This document shows positions 18,630-28,348 of a DNA stretch of 57,471 nt, piece by piece. The notes beneath the pieces were generated by a model. It made no database searches. It was given only the letters and a program-made list of their open reading frames with translations, and was not told the DNA's origin. Origin of the DNA: Candidatus Moraniibacteriota bacterium (GTDB lineage: Bacteria > Patescibacteriota > Minisyncoccia > CAIUEV01 > JAHKAQ01). The stretch covers positions 1 to 57,471 of the forward strand of contig WJJI01000021.1 of NCBI GenBank assembly GCA_014729795.1. The letters run 5' to 3'. Each line of letters starts with the position of its first letter. The stretch's first letter is position 1. The translations under genes and the position numbers were made by a program.

Positions 18630-21476
18630 ATGAAAACCAGGAGGAAAAGGCAATATATTAGCTGGGGGGTGATAAAGGTTTTTTTAGCGTTGGGTTTAGG
18701 TACTTTCGGTATTGGTTGCCAGCAGGCGCGAGCCGATATCGCGGCCGGTTATCAGGAATTTTTGATTCCGGGGCAAGAAGAAATATTATGGCAGGTTTTT
18801 ACAGGAATGGATAATGATCCGGTTTTGGTTGAAAGCCAGGGATTGCGTTCGGTGATTTCCGTAACCACCTCGTTGGATAATACGAAAATTTATTACGATC
18901 ATTGGGAAAATGGTTATACTTTTGACCCAACCGATCCGGAAAACACTAACGATGAAATCGCCTTTTTAAATCAAGGCGATTTTGTTGAATTTGAAAGCAA
19001 AAACGTACCGGTTAACCCAAGAGGAAACGATTTGTATTATGATGGCGGGGATAAAATATATATTGCAGGCGGTCCAATTTCTGTAAGTCGAGCCACTTGG
19101 CCGGAATCATTAGGAACGGTTTATGCTTTTTCTTGGGAGCTATATCCAACCCGGGCTTTGTTAACGGATTATAGCATCCCTTTTGGGGCAGATTTAGCGC
19201 AAGCGCCTTACAATTATGATGATTTTAATCGAACTTTTTTGTTGGTGCAGGCAATTGAAGATAATACGGCGGTTGAAATTGATGATCCAAACACAGCCGG
19301 AGTGGATATACAACAACAATTAAATCAAGGAGAGACAGTGTTGCTAACGGATAATAACGCCAACACCTCGGTTAGCGCCGACAAGTCGGTGCAAACTCAA
19401 ATATTGGTGGGGCAAACCCAGAGCAATATTAGTTCAGAAATCAGGGGGTTTACTGTTGTGCCAGACGGTCTGTGGAGCCGAGAATATTACGCGCCTTTAG
19501 GCGGATTTAGCAGCGCGGATTCTGATTTTTATATTTACAATCCAAATGATTATGACATCGATATTCAATATCAGGATTTAGATAAGCAAGGGACTTTTAC
19601 CATGGCGGCTAAAGAAACAGTCGCTTATTCGGATGCTACCGGCGTGGCGGTACCTACTAATACCTCGGTTTATTTTAGCAGCGATCATGTTTTTTGGGGG
19701 GTGGGTTCCGTGGACACTGAGGACTTTAATTATGATTGGGGTTTTAGTCTAATTCCCGATCACTTGTTGGCCAATGAGTATTTTTTAGGTTGGGCGCCAG
19801 GTTCTTCTGAAGATATTCCGAGCGTTAATGGCTCGCCTGTGTTTGTTACCGCCACAGAAGACGATACCGTTGTTTACGTTGACTACAGTCCAACCGATGG
19901 AGTTTATGATGAAAGTCATGTGATTAATAAATTAGAAACAAGGCGTTTTTTTGATCCGGATAATGAAAATTCCGGTATGCGTATTTGGTCTAACAATCCA
20001 GTTGTAGTGCTTTGGGGACAAGATCCAGACGCCAGCGATACGGGGACTCCGTATTTAGACTTGGGTTATCCGATGTTGCCTTTGCTGGATGATTGGTTGG
20101 ATTTGGTACTTAAACTGGATAAAAGCGTAAAACCAGAATCTTTATCACAAAAAGATGGGGCTCGAGCCGAGTTTTCGCTTAAAATCATGAGCTATAACTA
20201 TCCGGTTTTTAACATTAGAGCCAATGATGATTTACCAGAGGGTTGGCATTATATTGCCAACACCACTAAAGTTGAGTTCAGCGATGGTACGGTAATTGAT
20301 GATGCCAGTATTCGGCCAACAGTGACCGGATCGCATCTGGAATGGGATTTGGACATGGATTTGGGCATTGATGAGTACTTAACAATTACCTTTGAAGTCG
20401 AGCAAGACGAGACTACGCCAGACGGGTTTTCTCAAAACAATGCTCAAGCAGTGGGAAACCGATTAGCCGGAGCTCAGATATTTTCTCCAATCGCTACCGA
20501 GCATATTTTCTTGGCGCCGCTTGAAATTGACAAAAATATTCCGGATCCAGAAGTAGATCCGGGCGAATCGGTTTGGGTTGAGCTAGAAATAATAAACTAT
20601 GGAGATGATGACTATACCGGAGTGGAGATTTTCGATGAATTACCAGAAAATTTAACATTAGGCGAGATAATTATTATTGAAAACGGCGCGATAAAAACAT
20701 CGGATCAGGGCCCCAACAGTGGAGACACGGGCGATATAACTTGGGGGACATGGGACTTACCCAGCGGAACCGGCATTATTATTAAATATGAAGTTATGGT
20801 TCCCGAAGACGCGCAAGATGGAGAATATGAAACGGGCAGCGTTCAGGTTTATACAGACCAAACCGGTTTTATCGCGGATTTAATAGAAGCCGGAGATTCC
20901 CTGAAATTAATTATAAGAAAATTAATTCCTGGCGAGCCGACATCAGAACCTGATTCTGGGCGGCAAAATAATAATCCTGACGATGAGGGTGATGAAGATG
21001 ATCAGGATGACGAGGATGGAGAAGACGATGGAGACGAGGATGAGAATGATAAGGAGCAACCGGTTTATTACAACCAACAGGATAATCGTTATGTTGTGGT
21101 TGAGGATGAAAATGATCCGATTTATCAAATAATAAATCAAGGTCAAGATAATGATGAATCGCAAGAAGGGCAAACCATAAACCCGGATTTGGCTATACAA
21201 GAACAAGTTAGTCTTGAAGAAATAACCGAAAGGCAAAAGCATTTAGATGAACTTAATTCTGATAAAGATTGGTGGTTGAATTTGTTAAAAGCATTATTAG
21301 CGATTTTGGGCGGCAGCGGAGGCATGATGGTTTTTTTGGGTGTTAATTCCAATCCAATGGGCTTGGCTTTAGGCGAGCATAACATAAGTTTTAGTAAAAA
21401 AATTAATTTGGTTAAAAAACTAAGAGGTAGTTTTTATAAACCAAAGAATATTTCCATTAAAAATTGGCAGAAATAA
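18630..21476 (+). CDS. Large acidic surface protein (IgGFc-binding-like N-terminal region, two DUF11/Ig-like repeats, C-terminal TM)
   Basis: Signal peptide; beta-rich acidic body; repeats LKLDKSV...DDLPEGWHY and LEIDKNI...DELPENLTL; D/E-rich linker; hydrophobic C-terminal segment with basic tail. Confidence 0.65.
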   Translation: MKTRRKRQYISWGVIKVFLALGLGTFGIGCQQARADIAAGYQEFLIPGQEEILWQVFTGMDNDPVLVESQGLRSVISVTTSLDNTKIYYDHWENGYTFDPTDPENTNDEIAFLNQGDFVEFESKNVPVNPRGNDLYYDGGDKIYIAGGPISVSRATWPESLGTVYAFSWELYPTRALLTDYSIPFGADLAQAPYNYDDFNRTFLLVQAIEDNTAVEIDDPNTAGVDIQQQLNQGETVLLTDNNANTSVSADKSVQTQILVGQTQSNISSEIRGFTVVPDGLWSREYYAPLGGFSSADSDFYIYNPNDYDIDIQYQDLDKQGTFTMAAKETVAYSDATGVAVPTNTSVYFSSDHVFWGVGSVDTEDFNYDWGFSLIPDHLLANEYFLGWAPGSSEDIPSVNGSPVFVTATEDDTVVYVDYSPTDGVYDESHVINKLETRRFFDPDNENSGMRIWSNNPVVVLWGQDPDASDTGTPYLDLGYPMLPLLDDWLDLVLKLDKSVKPESLSQKDGARAEFSLKIMSYNYPVFNIRANDDLPEGWHYIANTTKVEFSDGTVIDDASIRPTVTGSHLEWDLDMDLGIDEYLTITFEVEQDETTPDGFSQNNAQAVGNRLAGAQIFSPIATEHIFLAPLEIDKNIPDPEVDPGESVWVELEIINYGDDDYTGVEIFDELPENLTLGEIIIIENGAIKTSDQGPNSGDTGDITWGTWDLPSGTGIIIKYEVMVPEDAQDGEYETGSVQVYTDQTGFIADLIEAGDSLKLIIRKLIPGEPTSEPDSGRQNNNPDDEGDEDDQDDEDGEDDGDEDENDKEQPVYYNQQDNRYVVVEDENDPIYQIINQGQDNDESQEGQTINPDLAIQEQVSLEEITERQKHLDELNSDKDWWLNLLKALLAILGGSGGMMVFLGVNSNPMGLALGEHNISFSKKINLVKKLRGSFYKPKNISIKNWQK

Positions 21477-21478
21477 AA

Positions 21479-22312
21479 ATGCAAATTAATACAAAGGCGC
21501 AAATAATTCAAGAATGTAAAAAAGCTCAAGATGAAAATTTAGAAGTGGCTTTGACCATTAGAAACGATCAGGGAAAAGAAGATGAACCCGCGGTTTTTCC
21601 TGAAGATATTGAAAAATACCAAGAAACTTTAAGGCAAATTATCAGAAAGTGCCGGCCAGCCATCGCGGCAATTGAATATAAAGAAACTTCCGATTTGTAT
21701 TATAAAAGCAAGGCGGAGTTATATAAAAAACAATTGGATTTAGCCTCGAAAATTGTACGCGAAGAAGGGGCTAAGGTGACTAATGGGGGTATGGAATGCG
21801 ATCTTTTGGTTTTATTGATTTATTATGATTTGCTTGAACAAGGCAAAAATTCTCAGGCCGAAGCTTTTAAAAACAGAGCTTTTGATCAAGTGAAAAAGCA
21901 TATGTTTAAGAGCGAAGCTTATCAAAAAACCATCAAACGTTTGTTGAAAAAAGCCCAGAATTACATGAGGGTTTATAAGTACGCGAATATCGATTACGTG
22001 AATTTGCATTGGAGCATAGACGATGCTCAGGTTTTTGAACAAGCGGTTGAATTTATTCGCAATAAAACCGATCGGGATGTGGTAACAACCGAGATTCGAC
22101 AACCCACTGACCCCAAAAAAGCCAAGCTCTTAATGAAAAAGGCCGCTCAATTGAAGTTGCCTTGCGTGGTGTGGTTTTTTGGTATCGAGGGGCCGGATAT
22201 CAGCTTTATTCAGAAAAAAGATGGAGATTTAAGCGATTTGAGTAAGAAATTTAAAAGATTTATACGCTTTCGTTTTATGGATAGACCGAGGCTGCGTAAT
22301 GAGAAAGTTTGA
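21479..22312 (+). CDS. Hypothetical protein, possibly a degenerate glycoside-hydrolase-like barrel
   Basis: Long ORF; ATG at 21479 just after the upstream stop. DYVNLHW and VVTTE resemble clan GH-A strands. Confidence 0.5.
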   Translation: MQINTKAQIIQECKKAQDENLEVALTIRNDQGKEDEPAVFPEDIEKYQETLRQIIRKCRPAIAAIEYKETSDLYYKSKAELYKKQLDLASKIVREEGAKVTNGGMECDLLVLLIYYDLLEQGKNSQAEAFKNRAFDQVKKHMFKSEAYQKTIKRLLKKAQNYMRVYKYANIDYVNLHWSIDDAQVFEQAVEFIRNKTDRDVVTTEIRQPTDPKKAKLLMKKAAQLKLPCVVWFFGIEGPDISFIQKKDGDLSDLSKKFKRFIRFRFMDRPRLRNEKV

Positions 22313-22413
22313 TAATAAGAGGAAATCTTTTGGTTTTTTTATAAATGAGTTATAATTAATCAGGATAGTAAATTGTTTGGTTTTATGAAGTCCAAAAAAT
22401 CAATGATTATAAA

Positions 22414-22860
22414 ATGCCAAATAACAAAAAAAAACAAAAAAACAAGCAAGGCAAGGTTTTAATAATAGACGATGAAATGATGATCCGAGAGATGTATAAA
22501 GATATTTTAGAGGCGGAGAATTTAAAGGTTGATGTGGCCGCTAACGGTAAGGAGGGCTTGAACAAGCTTGATAAAAAAAATTATGACATGGTTCTTTTAG
22601 ATATTATGATGCCGGTCATGGACGGGATGACCATGTTGGCTAACTTGAAGGAAAAACCTCCCAAGAAGAAGCAAGGCGCTATCATGGTTTTGACTAACGC
22701 TAGTCCCGTTATGTTTGATGATATCCGTCACGCCTATGAAGGCAAAATGCCTGAAGAACGAAAGCCAGAAATTAAGCTTTTAGATTGTATTGTTAAATCC
22801 AGTATCAGTCCGCAACAGGTGGTGGAGAAAGTAAAACAAGCAATTAAGCAAAAGAGCTAA
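22414..22860 (+). CDS. Stand-alone response regulator receiver protein
   Basis: VLIIDDE, LLDIMMPVMDG, VLTN and terminal K motifs; no output domain. Confidence 0.9.
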   Translation: MPNNKKKQKNKQGKVLIIDDEMMIREMYKDILEAENLKVDVAANGKEGLNKLDKKNYDMVLLDIMMPVMDGMTMLANLKEKPPKKKQGAIMVLTNASPVMFDDIRHAYEGKMPEERKPEIKLLDCIVKSSISPQQVVEKVKQAIKQKS

Positions 22861-22873
22861 AAATTGGTTTTGG

Positions 22874-22997
22874 TTATATAATTTAGATGTTTGGTAAACT
22901 TTAGAGAAAAGTTCGCGGGTTTTGTCAGGTATAATCAAGGCGCCTTATAAAAATCTCGTTTTTTTTTAGAAAAATTATCTAAGCGCGTAAGACATAA
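22874..22997. repeat. Dispersed hairpin repeat family member
   Basis: Aligns along its length to 31290-31413 (TTGGTAAACTTTAGAGAAAAGTTCGCGGGTTTT ... AAAAATCTCGTTTT ... AAAATTATCTAAGCGCGTAAGACATAA). Confidence 0.75.
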
Positions 22998-23214
22998 GTT
23001 GTTTGAATCAGAAGGCGAGATTTGGATGGTGTTGCCACACCTTGAGCAGATTTTGATAATATTTGGGGTTTCGAGGAATAATACTCAAGATCGCAAGCGA
23101 TTAGATACTAAGCATTGAGTTGACTGGAGTAAAAAATAATGCTAAAAAAGCTTTGTTAGGATTAAATAAAGGCAACCGGATTTCTTGAGTAAGTTGCTTT
23201 AATATTATTTTTTT

Positions 23215-23532
23215 ATGTTGGCAGTTATTGAAAGCGGAGCAAAACAATATTTAGTTAAAGAAGGCGATAGAATCAAAGTGGAGAAATTATCTCATAAACA
23301 AGGAGAGGTTATTAATATTGAGAAAGTTTTGCTAGCCATGCAGGAACAAGGCGAGGAGGTTAAAATTGGTAAACCATTATTACAAGGGGCAAAAGTACAA
23401 GCTAAAATTATCAAACAAGGTAAAGGAAAAAAAATTCTTATTATGAAGCATCGACCCAAGAAAAGAGAGCAAACTAAAAAAGGCCATCGTCAACCTTATA
23501 CCGAGATTCAAATTGAAAAAATATCAGCTTAA
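23215..23532 (+). CDS. rplU: 50S ribosomal protein L21
   Basis: MLAVIESGAKQYLVKEGD ... KKGHRQPYTEIQI. Confidence 0.97.
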   Translation: MLAVIESGAKQYLVKEGDRIKVEKLSHKQGEVINIEKVLLAMQEQGEEVKIGKPLLQGAKVQAKIIKQGKGKKILIMKHRPKKREQTKKGHRQPYTEIQIEKISA

Positions 23533-23542
23533 ACCTTTTTGA

Positions 23543-24142
23543 TTAGATTTTTTGTCTGGTTTGGAAAGAAGCCTTAAGAGAATGTGGATCGGCGTATTCA
23601 AGTTCGGTGCCGGTCGCCACGCCTCGGTTAATCCGAGTCGTTTTTAGTTTGGGGAAATTTTTTAGAATATCAACCAGTAAAGAAGCGGTTAAGTCTCCGG
23701 CTGTAGTTGGATTGGTGGCGATAATTACCTCGGTGGGTTTTTCTTTTTTGACTCTTTGAGCCAGCTCTTTGATTTTGAGATTATGAGTGTTATCTTTTTG
23801 ACCGATTTTAATTACGCCGCCGAGTACGTGATAGAAACCCTGATATATTTTTTTGTTTTCAATAGCCATGAGATCTAAAATGTTTTCAACAACACAAATG
23901 GTTTTTGAATCTCGCTCGGAATCAGAACAAATATGACAAAGATCCTGGTCGCTAAGATTGTGACAGCGAAGGCAGAGTTGGTTGGCGCTTAAATTAGCTA
24001 TTGAGCGAGCCAAAGCTTGTAAATCGCTTTTAGAGTACCGGATTAAATGAAGCACAAGACGCTCGGCCATGCGAGGACCAATTGCCGGGAGTTGGGAAAT
24101 ATGCTCAACAGCGGTTTGGAAATTTTTAGGCAAATAATACAT
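23543..24142 (-). CDS. recR: Recombination mediator RecR
   Basis: HhH LPAIGPRMAERL, C4 zinc finger, TOPRIM ICVVE...YHVLGG...EVIIATNPT. Confidence 0.95.
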   Translation of the reverse strand: MYYLPKNFQTAVEHISQLPAIGPRMAERLVLHLIRYSKSDLQALARSIANLSANQLCLRCHNLSDQDLCHICSDSERDSKTICVVENILDLMAIENKKIYQGFYHVLGGVIKIGQKDNTHNLKIKELAQRVKKEKPTEVIIATNPTTAGDLTASLLVDILKNFPKLKTTRINRGVATGTELEYADPHSLKASFQTRQKI

Positions 24143-24277
24143 GAGATAGTTGACTATTTAGAGTGTTTGCTATAGTATCTACACACATAAGCGATCATGG
24201 TCTTTAGTTTTGAAAAAGCATTAATTAATAGCCAGAAAGATAATCTTTTTATCTAAATTTATTAAAGATAACATTTT

Positions 24278-24859
24278 ATGGTAATTATCAGATTAAAGCG
24301 AACCGGTAAAAAAAACAAGCCCCATTATCGAATGGTGGCCCAGGATAAAGACCGGGCGGTAAGCGGTAAGTTTTTGGATATTTTAGGCTGGATTGATCCG
24401 CATCAGAAAAAGCGCGGATTCAACAAGGAAAAAATTGAGTATTGGCTGGGAGTTGGAGCCCAGATGAGCGATACCGCTTATAATTACTTGGTAGAAGACG
24501 GTATTATTAAGGGAAAGAAGAGAAAAATAAGAATCAGAACCACGAGAAATAAAAAAACGGAAGGAGAAGAAAAAACAGCTCAAGAGCGACAACAAGAAAC
24601 CAAGGAAAAAACCGAGACCGCAGCGGCCGAACAAGACAAGTCAGCCGAACCCAAAAATGACCAGGCAAAAACAACGGAAGAAAATCATGAAGAAAAGAAA
24701 AATGACGTAAAATCTCAAGGACAGGAATCTCAAGAGAAAGAATCAGAGGACCAAGAAAAGCAACAAGAACAGCCCGAACAAGCCAAACAGGATAAAGCCA
24801 GCCAACAAGAACAAAAACCAAAAAAACAAGAAGAAGAAAAAACCGAGACCAAGAAATAA
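24278..24859 (+). CDS. rpsP: 30S ribosomal protein S16 with long E/Q/K-rich C-terminal tail
   Basis: MVIIRLKRTGKKNKPHYRMV ... YWLGVGAQMSDTA. Confidence 0.95.
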   Translation: MVIIRLKRTGKKNKPHYRMVAQDKDRAVSGKFLDILGWIDPHQKKRGFNKEKIEYWLGVGAQMSDTAYNYLVEDGIIKGKKRKIRIRTTRNKKTEGEEKTAQERQQETKEKTETAAAEQDKSAEPKNDQAKTTEENHEEKKNDVKSQGQESQEKESEDQEKQQEQPEQAKQDKASQQEQKPKKQEEEKTETKK

Positions 24860-24881
24860 AAAACAAAATTAAACCGGTTTA

Positions 24882-26369
24882 TTATTTTACGAGTTTTTGA
24901 ATAATATTAATAGCGGTTTTTGGATCGGCTTTACCTTGGGTTTTAGCCATGACTTGGCCGATTAAGAATTGTAAACTTTTTTGTTTGCCTGCTTTTAGAT
25001 CATTAGCGGCTTGAGGATTTTCTTGGATTACCTTGGAAACGACAGACCCCAGCTCCTTAGAGTCTTTTTGAATCGCAAGGTTTTTTTGTTTAATTATTTG
25101 AGAAGGGTCGCCACCGGTTTGGAACATATTTTTAAGCACAGTTTGAGCGGCTGAGGAATTGATTTGTTTTTTATAAACAATGATCATGAGCTCGGCAAAG
25201 TTTTCCGGGGTTATTTTGATTTGATCAAAACCAACCAAAGTTTTTTGAGTTAAGCGGATTAGTTCAGTGGTAAGGTAATTAGCGGTTAATTTGATAACCT
25301 TGGGTGTTTGTTGGGAATCAATCCGGTCATCGGTTTTGACCCAACTTTTAATTTCAGAAATTGTGTTTTCAAAAAAATTGGCGCAGGTTAAGTCTTGAGT
25401 GATGATTTTGGCGGTTTCTTGATTTAGACCAAAATTTTTGGTAAAACGTTTGATTTTATCCGTTGGTAATTCCACGATTGAATTTTTAATTTTTGCTAAT
25501 AAACCGTCAGTAATATTGATTGGCGGTAAGTCCGGTTCGGGAAAGTAACGATAATCTTGAGCCTGCTCCTTGCTTCTTTGAGAAATCGTGATTTGTTTTT
25601 CCGCATCCCAACCACGAGTTTCCTGTTTAATTTTTTTACCTTGTTCCAATAAACCGGTTTGGCGTTTGATTTCATATTCAATGCTTTTTTTTACGCCGCG
25701 AAAGGAGTTGATATTTTTTACCTCCACTTTAACTCCTGATTTTTGATTATTGCTCAGACTGATATTGACTTCACAGCGCATCTGGCCTTTTTCCATGTCC
25801 GCGTCAGAGATTTTTAAGTAACGGAATATTTGTTGTAAATTTTGACAAAAAGCGGCTGCTTGTTCTTGATCTTGCAAAACAGGTTCGGTTACTAACTCTA
25901 TTAATGGGGCGCCGGCGCGATTAAAATCAATAAGCGAATAGTCGGAGTTTTCCGGGTGTAAATCTTTGCCCGCGTCTTCTTCCAGGTGGAGGCGATTAAT
26001 TAAAACTTTTTTGGTTTGAGGTTTTTGATTATAATCAAGATACTCAATCATAAGAAATCCTTGATAACAAAGAGGGGTATTGTTTTGAGTGAGTTGATAA
26101 CCCTTAGGCAAGTCCGGGTAAAAATAATGCTTGCGATCCCAGTGAACTCGGCGATTAATTTGGCAATTAAGCGCTAGCCCGGCTTTGATGATAGCTTTGA
26201 CGGCTTGTTGATTGATGGCGGGCAAGGTACCGGGGTGGCCAACGCAGATTTCGCAGATGTTTTGGTTGGGTTTGGTTTGGTCAAAGCGGTTGGGGCAGCG
26301 GCAAAACATTTTACTCTTGGTTTTGGGTTGGATGTGGATTTCCATACCAATTTTAGGTTGATAGGGCAT
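24882..26369 (-). CDS. gatB: Asp/Glu-tRNA amidotransferase subunit B
   Basis: IGMEIH, YFYPDLPKGYQ, HLEEDAGK, MRCEVNIS, DYRYFPEPDLP. Confidence 0.97.
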   Translation of the reverse strand: MPYQPKIGMEIHIQPKTKSKMFCRCPNRFDQTKPNQNICEICVGHPGTLPAINQQAVKAIIKAGLALNCQINRRVHWDRKHYFYPDLPKGYQLTQNNTPLCYQGFLMIEYLDYNQKPQTKKVLINRLHLEEDAGKDLHPENSDYSLIDFNRAGAPLIELVTEPVLQDQEQAAAFCQNLQQIFRYLKISDADMEKGQMRCEVNISLSNNQKSGVKVEVKNINSFRGVKKSIEYEIKRQTGLLEQGKKIKQETRGWDAEKQITISQRSKEQAQDYRYFPEPDLPPINITDGLLAKIKNSIVELPTDKIKRFTKNFGLNQETAKIITQDLTCANFFENTISEIKSWVKTDDRIDSQQTPKVIKLTANYLTTELIRLTQKTLVGFDQIKITPENFAELMIIVYKKQINSSAAQTVLKNMFQTGGDPSQIIKQKNLAIQKDSKELGSVVSKVIQENPQAANDLKAGKQKSLQFLIGQVMAKTQGKADPKTAINIIQKLVK

Positions 26370-26594
26370 GAAAAAAACCTTAAAAAATTAAATTTTATAA
26401 TTTCCAGGATCATTGAATTAACAAAACATAATAAGCTTAGCAGTTGGTTAAGGAAAAATCAATTTTTGCCAAGAGATTGATTTTTAAGTAGAATTTGACA
26501 AATGACAAGCAGAGATTAGTTTCCTGATCAAAACTTTTTGTTTAGAGCCTAGTGGAACGATGCGGAAATAATTATAATTAAGAATAAATTTTTT

Positions 26595-28313
26595 ATGATT
26601 AAAAATGTAGGAGAACACAACAATGGTAGAGAATCGCCAATCAAGAGATCAAGAGAACAAAAATTAATGGAAAAATATGAAAAAGTGGCACAGAAAATTG
26701 AAATTATCAAAAGTCTTCAGAAATTAATAAAAAAACATGCTGATGAAGATAGTGAAGCTTTTTCAGAGATTATTGAAAAGGAAATAACAAAGATAATGAC
26801 AAGCCAACCACCAGGGCTTTATTCTCGGAGAAGGAGATTAAAAAAAATTAACTCAAGAATTAATTTAATTAATGAAGTCTTATTAAGGCTCGGTGTAGAT
26901 AATATTGAAGAAGAAGAAAACTTGCATTTAGAGTTAAATCAATTAAAACAAGAGATGAGACTATATAACGATTGTAAGGATGATATATTATTTTTTAACC
27001 GAATTCAAGATTTCAGCACCAATATTAAGTCCAAACACGAAAAATATCATTCGCTTAAGGGAATTAGAAAAAGCAATATAGCGGCGGTAATTCGTGAATA
27101 TTTTAATGCAGACCCCGAGTATTTTAATGTTCTTATGATAGAGGATATTGTTTGCTCTAATTTAAGCATAAATGTAATTATACAACCGGAAGCATTTGAT
27201 AGATTAATCAACAAAGAAGGTGGGAAAATTTCCGGCGTTCATATATCAGGGAGCGTTATAAATGTTATTAAGAATAATAATACTCACGAAGATTTAATAG
27301 CTTTAATAACTCATGAGAGCAACCATAATATTGCGGAAGCTTTTTTAAGCGAGGCAGATCGACATGGTTATTCAGGTGAGGATTTATATCAAGAGCTGGG
27401 AGATTTAGTTAATTTACATAATCAATATATAAAAAATGATAAAACCAAGATGGTTTTTAGAGAAGATATTAAACTAATATTTAATGGTTTATTTAGCGCA
27501 AATCTCAATGAATTACTTGCCGACCTTGATAATATAAAGAAAGGAAAGATCTATACGTATTTTGTTTCTATTGCTGAATTTTTAGACAAATATTATCAAT
27601 TAGTTGATACGATTTCAGATGAAGGATTAAAAGATTTTTTATTGAACATTGTCGGGAATTTTGAAGATAAGTTTGCAAATTTGCTTAATAAAATTGGATT
27701 TGTGGTTGATTATTCATTGAGCAATCAACTTAATGACCAAGATGACCAAGATAATTTTGAGAAAGTTAGAGCATTGTTTGTTTTGTTTGGAAGTAAACAT
27801 TTTCGAAGGATAGAAAGACATATTAGACACGGTGATTCAGAAGGTTATGATTTAATAAAACACTTTGCTTTTATAAAAAATAATCATGGTTATTTTGAAA
27901 CAATTTTTGAATTATATCAGAAAAGAGAGCGAAATGGTTTTGGCCGTATTGGTTCTGATTATTTACTTAAGAAAATCGCGGAACCACAAAATTTATTAGT
28001 TGATTTTTTTGACTTAGAGAAACTGAAGCGAATTGGAGATATTTTAAACAAAAAGGAAAATGTTGATAGGCTTGAAAAATATTTTGGCGGGAGAGATCAA
28101 CTTATGAAATCCATTAAGGAAATATTAGGTAGGTTTGATGGTTTTAAGCAAGTGTTGGGAAAATATCCTTATTTACAAAAAATAAAGAATATTACCGAGT
28201 TAAATCAAGTTATGAATTCAATATTGAACAGCTTGGGTTGTATGGAAACACAAGATTTTATTAATCAAAAAGCGCTTCCGGCTTTTAAGCGGTTAGAGGC
28301 AAACAAACAATAA
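26595..28313 (+). CDS. Hypothetical protein with HExxH motif
   Basis: 572-aa low-GC ORF; ITHESNH at 27312-27326 and downstream NELLA. Confidence 0.6.
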   Translation: MIKNVGEHNNGRESPIKRSREQKLMEKYEKVAQKIEIIKSLQKLIKKHADEDSEAFSEIIEKEITKIMTSQPPGLYSRRRRLKKINSRINLINEVLLRLGVDNIEEEENLHLELNQLKQEMRLYNDCKDDILFFNRIQDFSTNIKSKHEKYHSLKGIRKSNIAAVIREYFNADPEYFNVLMIEDIVCSNLSINVIIQPEAFDRLINKEGGKISGVHISGSVINVIKNNNTHEDLIALITHESNHNIAEAFLSEADRHGYSGEDLYQELGDLVNLHNQYIKNDKTKMVFREDIKLIFNGLFSANLNELLADLDNIKKGKIYTYFVSIAEFLDKYYQLVDTISDEGLKDFLLNIVGNFEDKFANLLNKIGFVVDYSLSNQLNDQDDQDNFEKVRALFVLFGSKHFRRIERHIRHGDSEGYDLIKHFAFIKNNHGYFETIFELYQKRERNGFGRIGSDYLLKKIAEPQNLLVDFFDLEKLKRIGDILNKKENVDRLEKYFGGRDQLMKSIKEILGRFDGFKQVLGKYPYLQKIKNITELNQVMNSILNSLGCMETQDFINQKALPAFKRLEANKQ

Positions 28314-28348
28314 GTTTTATAATAATTATTAAAGTAAGAGAAAGCGTT

